From an uncultured Nitrospiraceae bacterium (GTDB lineage: Bacteria; Nitrospirota; Thermodesulfovibrionia; Thermodesulfovibrionales; Dissulfurispiraceae), in the NCBI GenBank assembly GCA_963705105.1, contig CAVPIW010000018.1, positions 1 through 27,064 of the forward strand: a stretch of DNA of 27,064 nucleotides, in the 5' to 3' direction. Under the pieces are notes generated by a model. The model searched no databases, was not told the origin of the DNA, and was given only the letters and a program-made list of their open reading frames with translations. Positions 10,585 to 19,692 of the stretch are shown piece after piece. Made by a program: the position numbers and the translations under genes. How positions within the stretch are numbered: position 1 is the first letter of the stretch; every line of letters starts with the position of its first letter.

Positions 10585-10725
10585 GCAGTGTGAGTGTGAG
10601 TGCGAGTGTCAGTTTCAGTGTCAGTGAAAGGAATAATAGCAGTGTGAGTGCGCGTGTGAGTGCGCGTGTCAGTGTCAGTGAAAGGAATATGTCGGGGTGT
10701 GAGTGGCAGTGGCAGTGAAAGAAAT
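10585..10725 (+). repeat. Three-unit tandem array of hexamer tracts, each ending in CAGTGAAAG(G/A)AAT
   Basis: GCAGTGTGAGTG...TCAGTGAAAGGAATA twice plus a shorter third unit. Confidence 0.85.
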
Positions 10726-10730
10726 GTTTC

Positions 10731-10751
10731 GGGCCCTTCGGGGAAGGGCCC
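10731..10751. terminator. GC-rich hairpin between convergent cheW and M48 genes
   Basis: GGGCCCTTC-GGG-GAAGGGCCC perfect 9-bp stem; weak U-rich tail on the minus strand. Confidence 0.6.
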
Positions 10752-10770
10752 CCACAATATATTGATCCTT

Positions 10771-12201
10771 TTACTGCCTTATTGCCGGGATGCGTGACGC
10801 CGCGTGTTTCCCCATCTCATTGTCCGGAGCGACCTTCACCTGCAGGGAATAGGCCTGATACGCCGAGGACTGATCACCCGTGTTCTCATAGCAGATCCCA
10901 AGGACGCCGAAGATTTCAGGATGCTTGGGGTTCGCTTCGGCGTACTTTTTCAGATGGGGAATCGCCTCCCGGTAGGCCTTTGTCCTGTAGCGGCTCATGC
11001 CGAGGAAATAATGGGATGACGCATCCTCGGGAAAGAGGGAGAGGGCCCGCTTCAAATTTTCGACGCCGGCGCCGTAATTGCCCCTGAAGTACTGCGATAT
11101 CCCCATGCCGCGCAATGCGGGCTGGTATGCGTTGTTGATGTTCAGCGCCGCCGTGAAAAAGCGATCCGCCGACGCGTAGTCCTTCTTTTTCAGCATGATA
11201 TAACCCTTCAGAGAAGGGAAGGGCGCCTCGGTCCGGTCCGCGGCGATGGCACCGTCGACGTGTCTCTCCGCTTCCGCCAGGCTGTTCTTCTGATAGGCCC
11301 TCGCCGCCGGGTCATAGTGATCACGGTACACCTTGCTTGTCTTCCTGATGTCGGCGGACATGCGCTGGAAGCGCTCTTTGCCTGTCCCGTCACCGACTCT
11401 GACGTAAGGCGGCACTGCAGCGATCATCTGGCGGATCTCGTCGATACGCACCGATGTCCTCGGATGCGTCGACAGGAGGTCCTCGAAGAACCCCCTTTCC
11501 TGGGGTTCCTTGCCGATGGAGCGGAGGTAATCCTGCGAGATTCTGTCGAGGTTCTGATGGGCCCTGACGGCATTCTCCGGATCGTATCCCAGCCTGGTCA
11601 TGTACTGGATACCGAGGCGATCGGCCTCCAGTTCATCGTCTCTCCCGTATTTCAGCAGCAGGAGACTGCTCCCGATGGCGCCTGCATTGAGCAGCGCGTC
11701 GGAGTAAGCCTGTCCGCCCAGGGCGGTCCCCGCCGCTGCAAGGCCGATCTGCTGGAGCATGCCGTATGACGTCTGACGGGCCGAATGGCGGGCGGCGACA
11801 TGGCCCATCTCGTGGCCCATGACGAAGGCGAACTCAGCCTCGTTGTCGAGACCGGCGAGAAGTCCCCGGGTCATGACGACGTGGCCTGGAATGGCCCAGG
11901 CATTGGGGACGGAGCTGTTCTGGACGGCGAAATCAACGGGGAGATTGGGCCGGTGCGAGACGCCGTGGATGTTCCGGACGACCCCTGTCAGATATGTCCG
12001 CAGTTGATCGTCCCTGTAAGGTCCTCCGCCCCCTTCCGCCCCCCAGAGTGCGTTGGGATAGAGGTCACGGCCCATCTTGATCTCCTGTTCCTCGGATACG
12101 AGCATCAGTTCGCTCTGCCCCGTCACGGGGTTGGTGGCGCAGCCCAGTAGCGACAAAGTCAGCAGACAGACGACAATGAGGGAAGACACGAGCTTTTTCA
12201 T
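10771..12201 (-). CDS. M48 family metalloprotease lipoprotein with C-terminal TPR repeats (BepA/LoiP-like)
   Basis: Lipobox LLGC; motifs PNAWAIPG, HEMGH, ELEADRLG and LSTHP; TPR-like helices. Confidence 0.92.
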   Translation of the reverse strand: MKKLVSSLIVVCLLTLSLLGCATNPVTGQSELMLVSEEQEIKMGRDLYPNALWGAEGGGGPYRDDQLRTYLTGVVRNIHGVSHRPNLPVDFAVQNSSVPNAWAIPGHVVMTRGLLAGLDNEAEFAFVMGHEMGHVAARHSARQTSYGMLQQIGLAAAGTALGGQAYSDALLNAGAIGSSLLLLKYGRDDELEADRLGIQYMTRLGYDPENAVRAHQNLDRISQDYLRSIGKEPQERGFFEDLLSTHPRTSVRIDEIRQMIAAVPPYVRVGDGTGKERFQRMSADIRKTSKVYRDHYDPAARAYQKNSLAEAERHVDGAIAADRTEAPFPSLKGYIMLKKKDYASADRFFTAALNINNAYQPALRGMGISQYFRGNYGAGVENLKRALSLFPEDASSHYFLGMSRYRTKAYREAIPHLKKYAEANPKHPEIFGVLGICYENTGDQSSAYQAYSLQVKVAPDNEMGKHAASRIPAIRQ

Positions 12202-13088
12202 GACGCGATATACCTCCCCGGGTTTTCCGTTATTGCTTTCATTATATCATCTTCAGGAAATCCCCGGTCGATCAGATTTCGGGCTGCCGCAACGACGCTG
12301 CAAGCCCCTCCGATGAGCGTTCCGTGTCTGTCGGCAAGGGCCTGTGGGCGCATGCCGCCGTCTTTCCTCGTCCCTGCGACGGAATCCGACACGATGATGA
12401 TCCTCCCGGGATCCTTGATCCTGAATATGAGATCGACAGTCATAGGATGGAGATGGAAGGGGTCTGCTATGATCTCCGCGTACACATCCCTGTTCATCAA
12501 TCCGAATCCCGCCAGGCCGGGCTCCCGGTGATGGAGAGTCCTCATGGCATTGAAGAGGTGGGTGACGCACCGGGCGCCGGCCCTGAAGCCGGCTTCAGCT
12601 TCCGCATAGGTCGCGTCGGAATGGCCCATGCTGACCCGGATCCCGCCGTCGGCAAGGCGGGTGATCAGCTTCGGCGCCCCGTCGAGTTCCGGAGCGAGTG
12701 TGACGATGCGCACTATATCCTCAAAGCCGTCGAGGAGCGCATTGAGATTGAATTCCGAGGGGTCGAGGAATGTGGCGGCATTGAGGGACCCGCATCGCGC
12801 GGGATTGAGAAAGGGTCCCTCGAGGTGGACGCCGATGATGCGGGCTGGTCCATGAGTGCCGGATGCAGGAGCACTCTCCCTATGAACCTGTTCCTGTTGA
12901 TCCATAGCCTCCCTGATTACCGCCATCTGCTGCCGCATCACCGGGACGGGGGAGGCATAGAGGGTGGGGATGATCTCGTCGACACCCAGGGCTCCGTGGA
13001 TCCTTGAGATCTCGAGGATGTGCTCCCCGAGGGTTGTTCTCGTGTCATACCCGCCGATCCCGTGGGTGTGGATGTCGATGATCTTCAT
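12198..13088 (-). CDS. nagA: N-acetylglucosamine-6-phosphate deacetylase (compact, 296 aa)
   Basis: Motifs IDIHTHG, HLEGPFLN, TLAPE, GHSDAT, THLFNAM and VSDS. Confidence 0.9.
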   Translation of the reverse strand: MKIIDIHTHGIGGYDTRTTLGEHILEISRIHGALGVDEIIPTLYASPVPVMRQQMAVIREAMDQQEQVHRESAPASGTHGPARIIGVHLEGPFLNPARCGSLNAATFLDPSEFNLNALLDGFEDIVRIVTLAPELDGAPKLITRLADGGIRVSMGHSDATYAEAEAGFRAGARCVTHLFNAMRTLHHREPGLAGFGLMNRDVYAEIIADPFHLHPMTVDLIFRIKDPGRIIIVSDSVAGTRKDGGMRPQALADRHGTLIGGACSVVAAARNLIDRGFPEDDIMKAITENPGRYIAS

Positions 13089-13124
13089 GGCCCGCAGATC
13101 TGCTATGATAGCATGGAAGGAACA

Positions 13125-13863
13125 ATGAATGAATCAACGCCATACCAGGAGAGGATCGACTTCGGGACATGGACGACCCGGGACCTCGATGTCCTTATCC
13201 GGCGGGCCTCGTCGCTGAAGGGCATTGCCCGGAAAGTCGCATTCATCTCGCGACAGTTTCTCGGTCTGCCCTATGGCGCATCGACACTTATCGGCGGCGA
13301 GGGAAGGCGGGAGGTATTCGTCATCAACCTCCGCCATGTGGACTGTTTCACCTTCCTGGATTATGTGGAGGCCTTGCGCCTGTCTGACACCGTTGTTGCG
13401 TTCAAGGACATGGTGAAGCGTGTTCGTTACCGGCAGGGGATCGTGTGCTACAAGGAGAGGAACCATTTTTTCACCGACTGGACCGCCGGGAACAATGTCA
13501 GGGATGTGACCGGGACTGTCGGCAGGGGTGCAACAAGGACATACGAAAAAAGACTCAATGATCGCGGAAACGGTTCCCTTCTTTCTGCCCGGCATTCCTG
13601 CCCGAAACCGGTTTATTTCCTGTATCCCCGCGGCTGGTCTCAGCGGGGAAGTCTGCCGGAGGCTGCATACGGGCGATTATGTCGGTGTCTGTTCCGAGTC
13701 GCCCGGTCTCGATGTTTCACACGTCGGGATAGTCGTCCGCCGCAGGGGGGCGCTCATGCTGAGACACGCCTCGTCATTGCCGGCCCACGGCATGGTCGTC
13801 GAACAGGGACTCATCGATTATATGGAAGGCAAACCGGGCATCATCGTCCTGCGGCCTGTCTAA
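13125..13863 (+). pseudogene. DUF1460 / N-acetylmuramoyl-L-alanine amidase-like protein, split by +1 frameshift (~13575-13580)
   Basis: Frame 1 has FLGLPY..VDCFTFLDYVEAL..RYRQG..RNHFFTDW. Frame 2 continues GDYVG..GLDVSHVGI..HASS..GIIVLRP. Could be a sequencing error. Confidence 0.75.
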
Positions 13864-13864
13864 A

Positions 13865-14060
13865 CCTCCGTTGCATGCAGAGGCGGAACGAAGTACCTTA
13901 AAGCCTTGCTGATACCGATGCTGTCTCCGGGAAGACAGATCTGGTTCAAAGCCTTTCCAATGCGATGATGAGACATGTCGAGGTGTTCAGCGCCTGTCGC
14001 CTGACGGGCCGTTGATATCAATAGACACGGCAAAGTGTGGTCCGGTGACGAATAATAAGG
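13865..14060 (+). mobile_element. Copy 5: degenerate left end of the element plus ~140-bp internal module; canonical right end absent
   Basis: CCTCCGTTGCATGCAGAGGCGGAACGAAGTACCTTAAAGCCTTGCTGATA follows the TAA stop, then a module shared with 19778-19915. Confidence 0.7.
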
Positions 14061-14077
14061 CGTGAAACTCCCACTGA

Positions 14078-15316
14078 TCATTGCGACCTGTTCTCCAGCG
14101 AATCCGTTTCCCTGCGGAGCACCCAGAGGAGCCAGAGGCCGGGCAGGGCCGTCACCGTCGTCAGGATGAAAAAGGTGATCCATCCCGTCAGCTCGACGAC
14201 ATATCCCGACGTCGGGGAGATGAAGACACGCCCGAGGGCCGCGAGGGAGGAGAGGAGGGCGAACTGCGTCGCGCTGTACCGGTGATTGCAGAGCGCCATG
14301 AGGAGCGATACGAACGCCGCCGTGCCCATGCCTCCCGAGAGGTTCTCGAAGGCGATAGCGAAGATCATAACGGGATAGCTCTTTCCCGTCCATGCGAGGA
14401 GGGCGAACGAAAGATTGGAGACGGCCTGAAGGATACCGAAGGCGAGCAGGGACCGGAAAAGGCCGAGCTTCACCATGAGGGCGCCTCCGGCGGCGGCGCC
14501 GATGAGTGAGGCGGCAAGACCCATACCTTTGTTGATCGTGCCGACATCGGTCGGAGTAAACCCCACGCCGCGGATGAGGAAGGTTGTTGTCAGTGTGCCT
14601 GCATAGGCGTCGCCCATTTTGTAGAGGACCATGAGAAGGAGAAAGGAGACAGCTGCGGGACGGGACAGGAACTCCCTGAGGGGGCCGACGATCGCTTCCT
14701 GGAGGGTCTTCGGGGCCGATGCTGTGAAAACGGGCTCGGGTCCGGCTAAGGTCGTCAAGATCCCGATCCCGACGAGCGATGCCATGATCAGATAGGTGTT
14801 GCGCCAGCCGATCACATCGGACAGGATGAGGGCGAGGGCGCCGGAAACAAGCATCGCAACGCGGTACCCTGTCACAAAGACGGCAGCGCCTATCCCCCGC
14901 TCGACATCGCGGAGGAGGTCCGTGCGGTAGGCGTCGATGGCGATGTCCTGGGAGGCCGAGAAGAAGGCGACGGTGAGAGCGAGGAGGGCGAGCATGAGCG
15001 GCGCACTCTGGGGTGAACGGGAGCTCATGACAGCAATGGCTCCCATGAGCGCGAGCTGGAGGGGCAGGATCCAGCCGCGGCGCCTCCCGAGCCAGGGAGG
15101 AACAAACCGGTCCATGACGGGAGACCAGAGGAACTTGAGCGTGTAGGGCAAACCGACGAGGGCGAAGACACCGATCGTCCTGATGTCGACGCCCTCGATG
15201 GTCATCCATGCCTGCAGGGTCCCTCCCGTCAATGCGAGGGGAAGGCCTGACGAAAAACCGAGGAAGGGCATGACTGCAACGCGGCGGTTGAGGCAGGCCC
15301 GGACAGAAGCTGTCAA
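14078..15316 (-). CDS. ampG: AmpG family muropeptide MFS permease
   Basis: Motifs LGFSSGLP, LKFLWSPVMD, GRRRGW, SASQDIAIDAYR and YSATQFALLSS. Confidence 0.95.
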   Translation of the reverse strand: MTASVRACLNRRVAVMPFLGFSSGLPLALTGGTLQAWMTIEGVDIRTIGVFALVGLPYTLKFLWSPVMDRFVPPWLGRRRGWILPLQLALMGAIAVMSSRSPQSAPLMLALLALTVAFFSASQDIAIDAYRTDLLRDVERGIGAAVFVTGYRVAMLVSGALALILSDVIGWRNTYLIMASLVGIGILTTLAGPEPVFTASAPKTLQEAIVGPLREFLSRPAAVSFLLLMVLYKMGDAYAGTLTTTFLIRGVGFTPTDVGTINKGMGLAASLIGAAAGGALMVKLGLFRSLLAFGILQAVSNLSFALLAWTGKSYPVMIFAIAFENLSGGMGTAAFVSLLMALCNHRYSATQFALLSSLAALGRVFISPTSGYVVELTGWITFFILTTVTALPGLWLLWVLRRETDSLENRSQ

Positions 15317-15321
15317 TTCGG

Positions 15322-16075
15322 TCAGTTCCGAACTCTTCTGTGAATCTCGCCCGATGAGGTCACTCCCCAGACCGTCCCGTCGGCTGCGGCTGAGATATAA
15401 TCAATCCGTCCGTCCAGCTTTTTCCAGTCACTGCCTGCCCACCGGAAGACCTCCCCCATGTCGTTGACGCCCCAAATGTTTCCGGAACTGCCCACAGAGA
15501 CCTGTTTGAACGTTCCGGGTATTTTGGACCATGTCGTTCCTGTCCACCGGTAGACTTCATCTGTGAATTGTGACCCCCCAGACAGTGCCGTCCTGTGCAA
15601 CCGAAATATTTCTCAGGGTGCCGTTCATGAACTTCCAGTCGCTGCCTGTCCACCTGTACACTTCGTTGGCGACGGTCACTCCCCAAACGTTGCTGGAACT
15701 TCCCACGGCGACCTGCCTCAATGTTCCGGGCATTTTGGACCATGAGGAACCGGTCCAGCGAAACAATTCATTGTTCGGCGCGACTCCCCAGACGGTGCCG
15801 TCCGCCGCGGCGGATACATTGCTCATCTTCCCCTCGATTTTCTGCCAACCTCCCCCGGTCCACCGGTAGACTTCATTCGACGGGTTCGAGCCCCAGATCT
15901 GTTGACTGCTCCCGACGGACACCTGTTTCAGGATGCCCTCGACGCGCTGCCAAACGGCCTGATCATCAGGCGACACACTTGAAGAAGTCGTAATGCATCC
16001 AGTGGATCCGAGCGTGACGGCGAGAGCAAGCATCACGAGACATAACCGCATTGTCCGGTACAGCAATCCGTTCAT
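15322..16075 (-). pseudogene. Tectonin-repeat beta-propeller lipoprotein (6 x 35-aa repeats), split by +1 frameshift (~15565-15572)
   Basis: Repeats W..I.G.L..VSV....VWGV....EVYRWTG continue across ORFs 15557-16075 and 15322-15600. Signal peptide ends in STGC. Confidence 0.78.
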
Positions 16076-16268
16076 AATGTTCCCTCCTTGTGAATAAATT
16101 TTACGGCGGAATGCACCTCAAAATGATATCACAGAAGACCACCGGTGTCTATAATGGTGCTTGTCGCAGCACGAAAAGACGCGAGGAAGTGTCAGTGAAA
16201 GGAGTACTTCATTTATATTCATCTAAACAATGGATTCGGGACTGCACTCGATGGCCGGCAGTTCAGGT

Positions 16269-18803
16269 TTATTCGAAGCTGATGAATCGCTTCGGGTCCA
16301 CCTTTTGCGCCACCCGGGACGGGATGATGCCGGCGACGAGTATCGTCACGAACAGGAAAGCCGTCACGAGGGAAAGAAAAAGGACGGGCACCCTGAAGGT
16401 TATCTCCCATCCGAAGGAAATCTTGTTGATTACGTGGATGAAAATGATGCTCAGGATAGGGCCCATGGTCAGGCCGAGCACGATGCCGCCGAGACCGATG
16501 ATCCCCGCTGTGATGGTGAGCGTCGCTCTGATCTGTCGCCACGATCCCCCGAGGTAGCGGATGATGCTGATGTCCCGTTTCTTTTCGAGGACGAGGGCGA
16601 GAAGGATGTTGATCACCCCGATGACGGAGACGAGGATCGCGATGAGCTCGATCGCATAGGTGATCGCGAAGCTCTTGTTGAAAATGCTCATGATTGTGTT
16701 GCGGAGATCCCCGTTGTTCATGATAGTCAGGGCATAGCCGGCAGGGAGCCGCTGCTTCAGCGTCCCGATGAACGAGGCGGCGTCGGCCCCCTCCCGAAGA
16801 TAGACGCTGATCTGTGTCGCGTCATCGAGACCCCAGTATTCCTTGAGCCAGCGTCTGTCCATGAAGATGAATCCCGACGTGGCCGCATAGTTCATGAAGC
16901 TGTGGCTGACCGTGAAGGTCTTTTTCCCTTTCGGTGTCATGAGTTCTATCCTGTCGCCCGGCTGAAGGCCCTGTTTCAGCCTCAGGAAGTCCGAAACGGC
17001 GACTTTCCCTTCGTCCCTCAGCGCCCGGAGCTCTTCCGGGCGAATGCGCGACCCGAAGCGGGTTTCGAGATACCGGCCGTAGAGTTCAGTGTTTCCAAAG
17101 GCTACGGTCACCGGCGACCCGAGGAACTCGGACTGCAACGCCCGGTATCGGTCGATCCCCCCGATGTCAGGAAGGCCCTCGATCGTCCTGATCACATCCT
17201 CCGACAGGGGGAAAAAGCAGTAATTCGAGACGCAGGAGGCGGGTTTGATGTAGACGTCTGCGGAGACGTTTCTGTCTATCCACTCTTTGAGGGACGTCCT
17301 GAAGGAGAAGATGAGCGTCAGGAGGGCCACGATGAGGGCGCTGCTGATGGCGACGCACATGAGGGCAACGGAAAAACGGTAGAGGCTGCCCCGGATATCG
17401 CCCAGGGCGATTCGGCCCGGCGACCTGAACATCCGCCCCGTCACCCTGCGCAGGAGCCTCAGCAAGACGAGCAGGAAGGAGGGCGATAGGAGAGTGAACC
17501 CGAGAATGATAAGAAGGATACCCGTATAGGCGAGGAAAGGAAAGGGGAAGGGCATGAAACGGTAATCCGCATAGGCCGCCGCCATTCCCGTGATGACCGA
17601 CAGGAGGCCGAGGGTGCTGAAAAGAACGAGGTATCTCCTGTACCGGCCTTCGAAGGACCCCTCCCTCAGGGTCTCGCCGGGATGGATTCTCGACGCCTCA
17701 ACGGATGGAAAGAGAGAGGCGATGAACGACACGGAAAGGCCGAGGACCAGTGCCGTCAGCCAGTCCTGAAATGTGAGGAGATAATCGGAGACGGCGACGT
17801 TACTGTACATGGAGGAGATGGTCCTCTCGACGGCGATGACGGAGAAGTACGCGAAGACCTGACCGAGGACGATCCCGGAGAGAGAGCCGACAGAGCCGAT
17901 GATGAGGCCCTGCAGGGTGAAGAGGATCATGATTGTTCTCCGGTCCGCGCCGAGTCCCCTCAGGATGCCGATTTCCGTCCTGCGCTTGACGACGGAGATG
18001 AAGATCGTATTGTAGAGCAGAAAAACCCCGACGAGGATGGAGATGAGACTGACGAACTGCAGGTTGTACTGAAAGGAGGAGAGGAGCGACTTCTGGTTCC
18101 TGATGAGCTCGGACTTCCTTTCGAGAACAAGGTCCGACGGCAGTATCCTCGAAATCTCCGCCGCCTGCCGCTCGTCGGCGATGAGATCGATTCTTGTGAG
18201 CTGTCCTGTCCTGCCGAAGAGTTCCTGAAAATTGCCGATGTCCATAATGAAGGAACGGGTTGAGAGGACGTCCCTGTCGAGAATGTCGGCGACGAGGAGG
18301 GAGTACTCACGGTCATACACGAGCACCTGCAGGGTGTCACCCCTGCGTACCGACGCGGCCGCGGCAAAGGACGCTGTGATGAGGACGGCGTTCTGATTTC
18401 TGTAAAAAGTCTCGATATCGGTCGCTTTGCGGGGTGTCGCGCCGATGAACCTGAGGGACTTGACCGTGTCGATCCCGCTGATCTCGATTGTTTCGTCCCG
18501 CGCCCGGACGTACCCCGTCGCTTTCATGACGGGGAAACAGGCGCCGGCCTTCTGCAGGACCAGGGGGTAAAGGGTCTCGTCGAAGTCGATTCCGGACAGG
18601 CTCAGGATCTCATGAGTCGCCGCCGGGTTGATCCCCCTGATTTCCGTCTCGAAAGCATTCATCGCCCTGTCCGAGGCGACCTTCACGCCCGTGAAAAGGC
18701 CGATGCCGAGGGCGACGCCGACAATGGAGAGGGCCGTGAGGAAGCGCTCCTCCCTGATCGTTCTGAGGATGATGAGGCGGAGGAGTTTGATCGTCCTGTT
18801 CAT
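16269..18803 (-). CDS. ABC transporter permease, double FtsX/MacB-type (AttF/G-like)
   Basis: 844 aa with two FtsX-type motifs (RRTEIGILRGLGA; KRDISIIRYLGG) and TM clusters. Confidence 0.9.
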   Translation of the reverse strand: MNRTIKLLRLIILRTIREERFLTALSIVGVALGIGLFTGVKVASDRAMNAFETEIRGINPAATHEILSLSGIDFDETLYPLVLQKAGACFPVMKATGYVRARDETIEISGIDTVKSLRFIGATPRKATDIETFYRNQNAVLITASFAAAASVRRGDTLQVLVYDREYSLLVADILDRDVLSTRSFIMDIGNFQELFGRTGQLTRIDLIADERQAAEISRILPSDLVLERKSELIRNQKSLLSSFQYNLQFVSLISILVGVFLLYNTIFISVVKRRTEIGILRGLGADRRTIMILFTLQGLIIGSVGSLSGIVLGQVFAYFSVIAVERTISSMYSNVAVSDYLLTFQDWLTALVLGLSVSFIASLFPSVEASRIHPGETLREGSFEGRYRRYLVLFSTLGLLSVITGMAAAYADYRFMPFPFPFLAYTGILLIILGFTLLSPSFLLVLLRLLRRVTGRMFRSPGRIALGDIRGSLYRFSVALMCVAISSALIVALLTLIFSFRTSLKEWIDRNVSADVYIKPASCVSNYCFFPLSEDVIRTIEGLPDIGGIDRYRALQSEFLGSPVTVAFGNTELYGRYLETRFGSRIRPEELRALRDEGKVAVSDFLRLKQGLQPGDRIELMTPKGKKTFTVSHSFMNYAATSGFIFMDRRWLKEYWGLDDATQISVYLREGADAASFIGTLKQRLPAGYALTIMNNGDLRNTIMSIFNKSFAITYAIELIAILVSVIGVINILLALVLEKKRDISIIRYLGGSWRQIRATLTITAGIIGLGGIVLGLTMGPILSIIFIHVINKISFGWEITFRVPVLFLSLVTAFLFVTILVAGIIPSRVAQKVDPKRFISFE

Positions 18804-18828
18804 GCCGGTATCGCAGCGATCATGTTCA

Positions 18829-19040
18829 CCTTCCCGTTGCGTGAAAAGGCGGGGCGAAGCGCCTCAAAGCCTTGCTGAAGGCGACGATGAGCATTGCCAG
18901 GTTCGTGTTTCAGGATTCCACTCTTTGTGTAATCGACCATTGGCTTGAAAAGGGATCTTCCGCGACGGTTGTGGTGTCGCCGCATCAAGGTTTTCGGCGC
19001 ATACACCCCGCCTTCCCGGATGGCATATGCGACGATAAGG
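18829..19040 (+). mobile_element. Palindromic MITE-like element, copy 6 (type A, 212 bp)
   Basis: CCTTCCCGTTGCGTGAAAAGGCGGGGCGAAGCGCCTCAAAGCCTTGCTG...CAAGGTTTTCGGCGCATACACCCCGCCTTCCCGG..GCGACGATAAGG; perfect TTCA/TTCA flanks. Confidence 0.85.
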
Positions 19041-19041
19041 T

Positions 19042-19686
19042 TCATTCCGCTATGCTGCCGTCCCTGATACGGACGATCCGCCCGGCGTATGCGGCGATGT
19101 GCTGCTCGTGGGTGACGAGAACGAGGGTCTTTCCCGACTCCGCTGTGACGCCGCAGATGAGTTTCATGATCGATTCGCCGGTCCGGCTGTCGAGGCTCCC
19201 TGTCGGTTCGTCGGCAAGAATGATAGCCGGGTCATGGATGAGGGCACGCACGATGGCGACGCGCTGCTGCTCCCCGCCGGACAGCTGATAGGGATAGGAG
19301 GAGGCCTTTTCCCTGAGCCCGACGCGTCCGAGGAAGTCGGCGGCCCGCCGCTCGTCGTCGATGCCGTTCAGCAGGAGGGGCAAATGGACATTCTCCAGGA
19401 CGGTGATGTTCGGCAGGAGGTTGAAGAACTGGAAGATGAAGCCGATCCTCTTCCTCCGGTGGAGCGTGAGCTGCTCATCGGTGTACCGCGTGATGTCGTC
19501 GCCGCCGATGACGATATGCCCGCTGTCGGGCCTGTCCATGCCGCCGATGAGGTTCAGCAGCGTCGATTTGCCCGACCCCGAACTCCCCATGACGGCGACG
19601 AACTCTCCCGATCCGATCGTGAGGGTGACGTCCCTGAGGACAGGGGTGTCGCCGAAATGCCTGTTGATTCCTTCAAGGAGAATCAT
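19042..19686 (-). CDS. ABC transporter ATP-binding protein (LolD/MacB-like)
   Basis: Motifs GSSGSGKST, LSGGEQQRVAI, ILADEPTG and VTH. Confidence 0.95.
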   Translation of the reverse strand: MILLEGINRHFGDTPVLRDVTLTIGSGEFVAVMGSSGSGKSTLLNLIGGMDRPDSGHIVIGGDDITRYTDEQLTLHRRKRIGFIFQFFNLLPNITVLENVHLPLLLNGIDDERRAADFLGRVGLREKASSYPYQLSGGEQQRVAIVRALIHDPAIILADEPTGSLDSRTGESIMKLICGVTAESGKTLVLVTHEQHIAAYAGRIVRIRDGSIAE

Positions 19687-19692
19687 CGTTTA

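Noticed and set aside
10585..10725. Tandem units as a CRISPR array
   Set aside because: No unique spacers; the intervening DNA is low-complexity hexamer repeat of variable length, and there are no cas genes.
15557..15559. TGA readthrough (selenocysteine) in the tectonin gene given nearby yedF
   Set aside because: The repeats continue in a different frame, so a frameshift, not readthrough, explains the break.
16230..17489. 419-aa + strand ORF, and 449-aa ORF 13860-15209
   Set aside because: Antisense or alternate-frame overlaps of the ABC permease and ampG, typical of GC-rich DNA.
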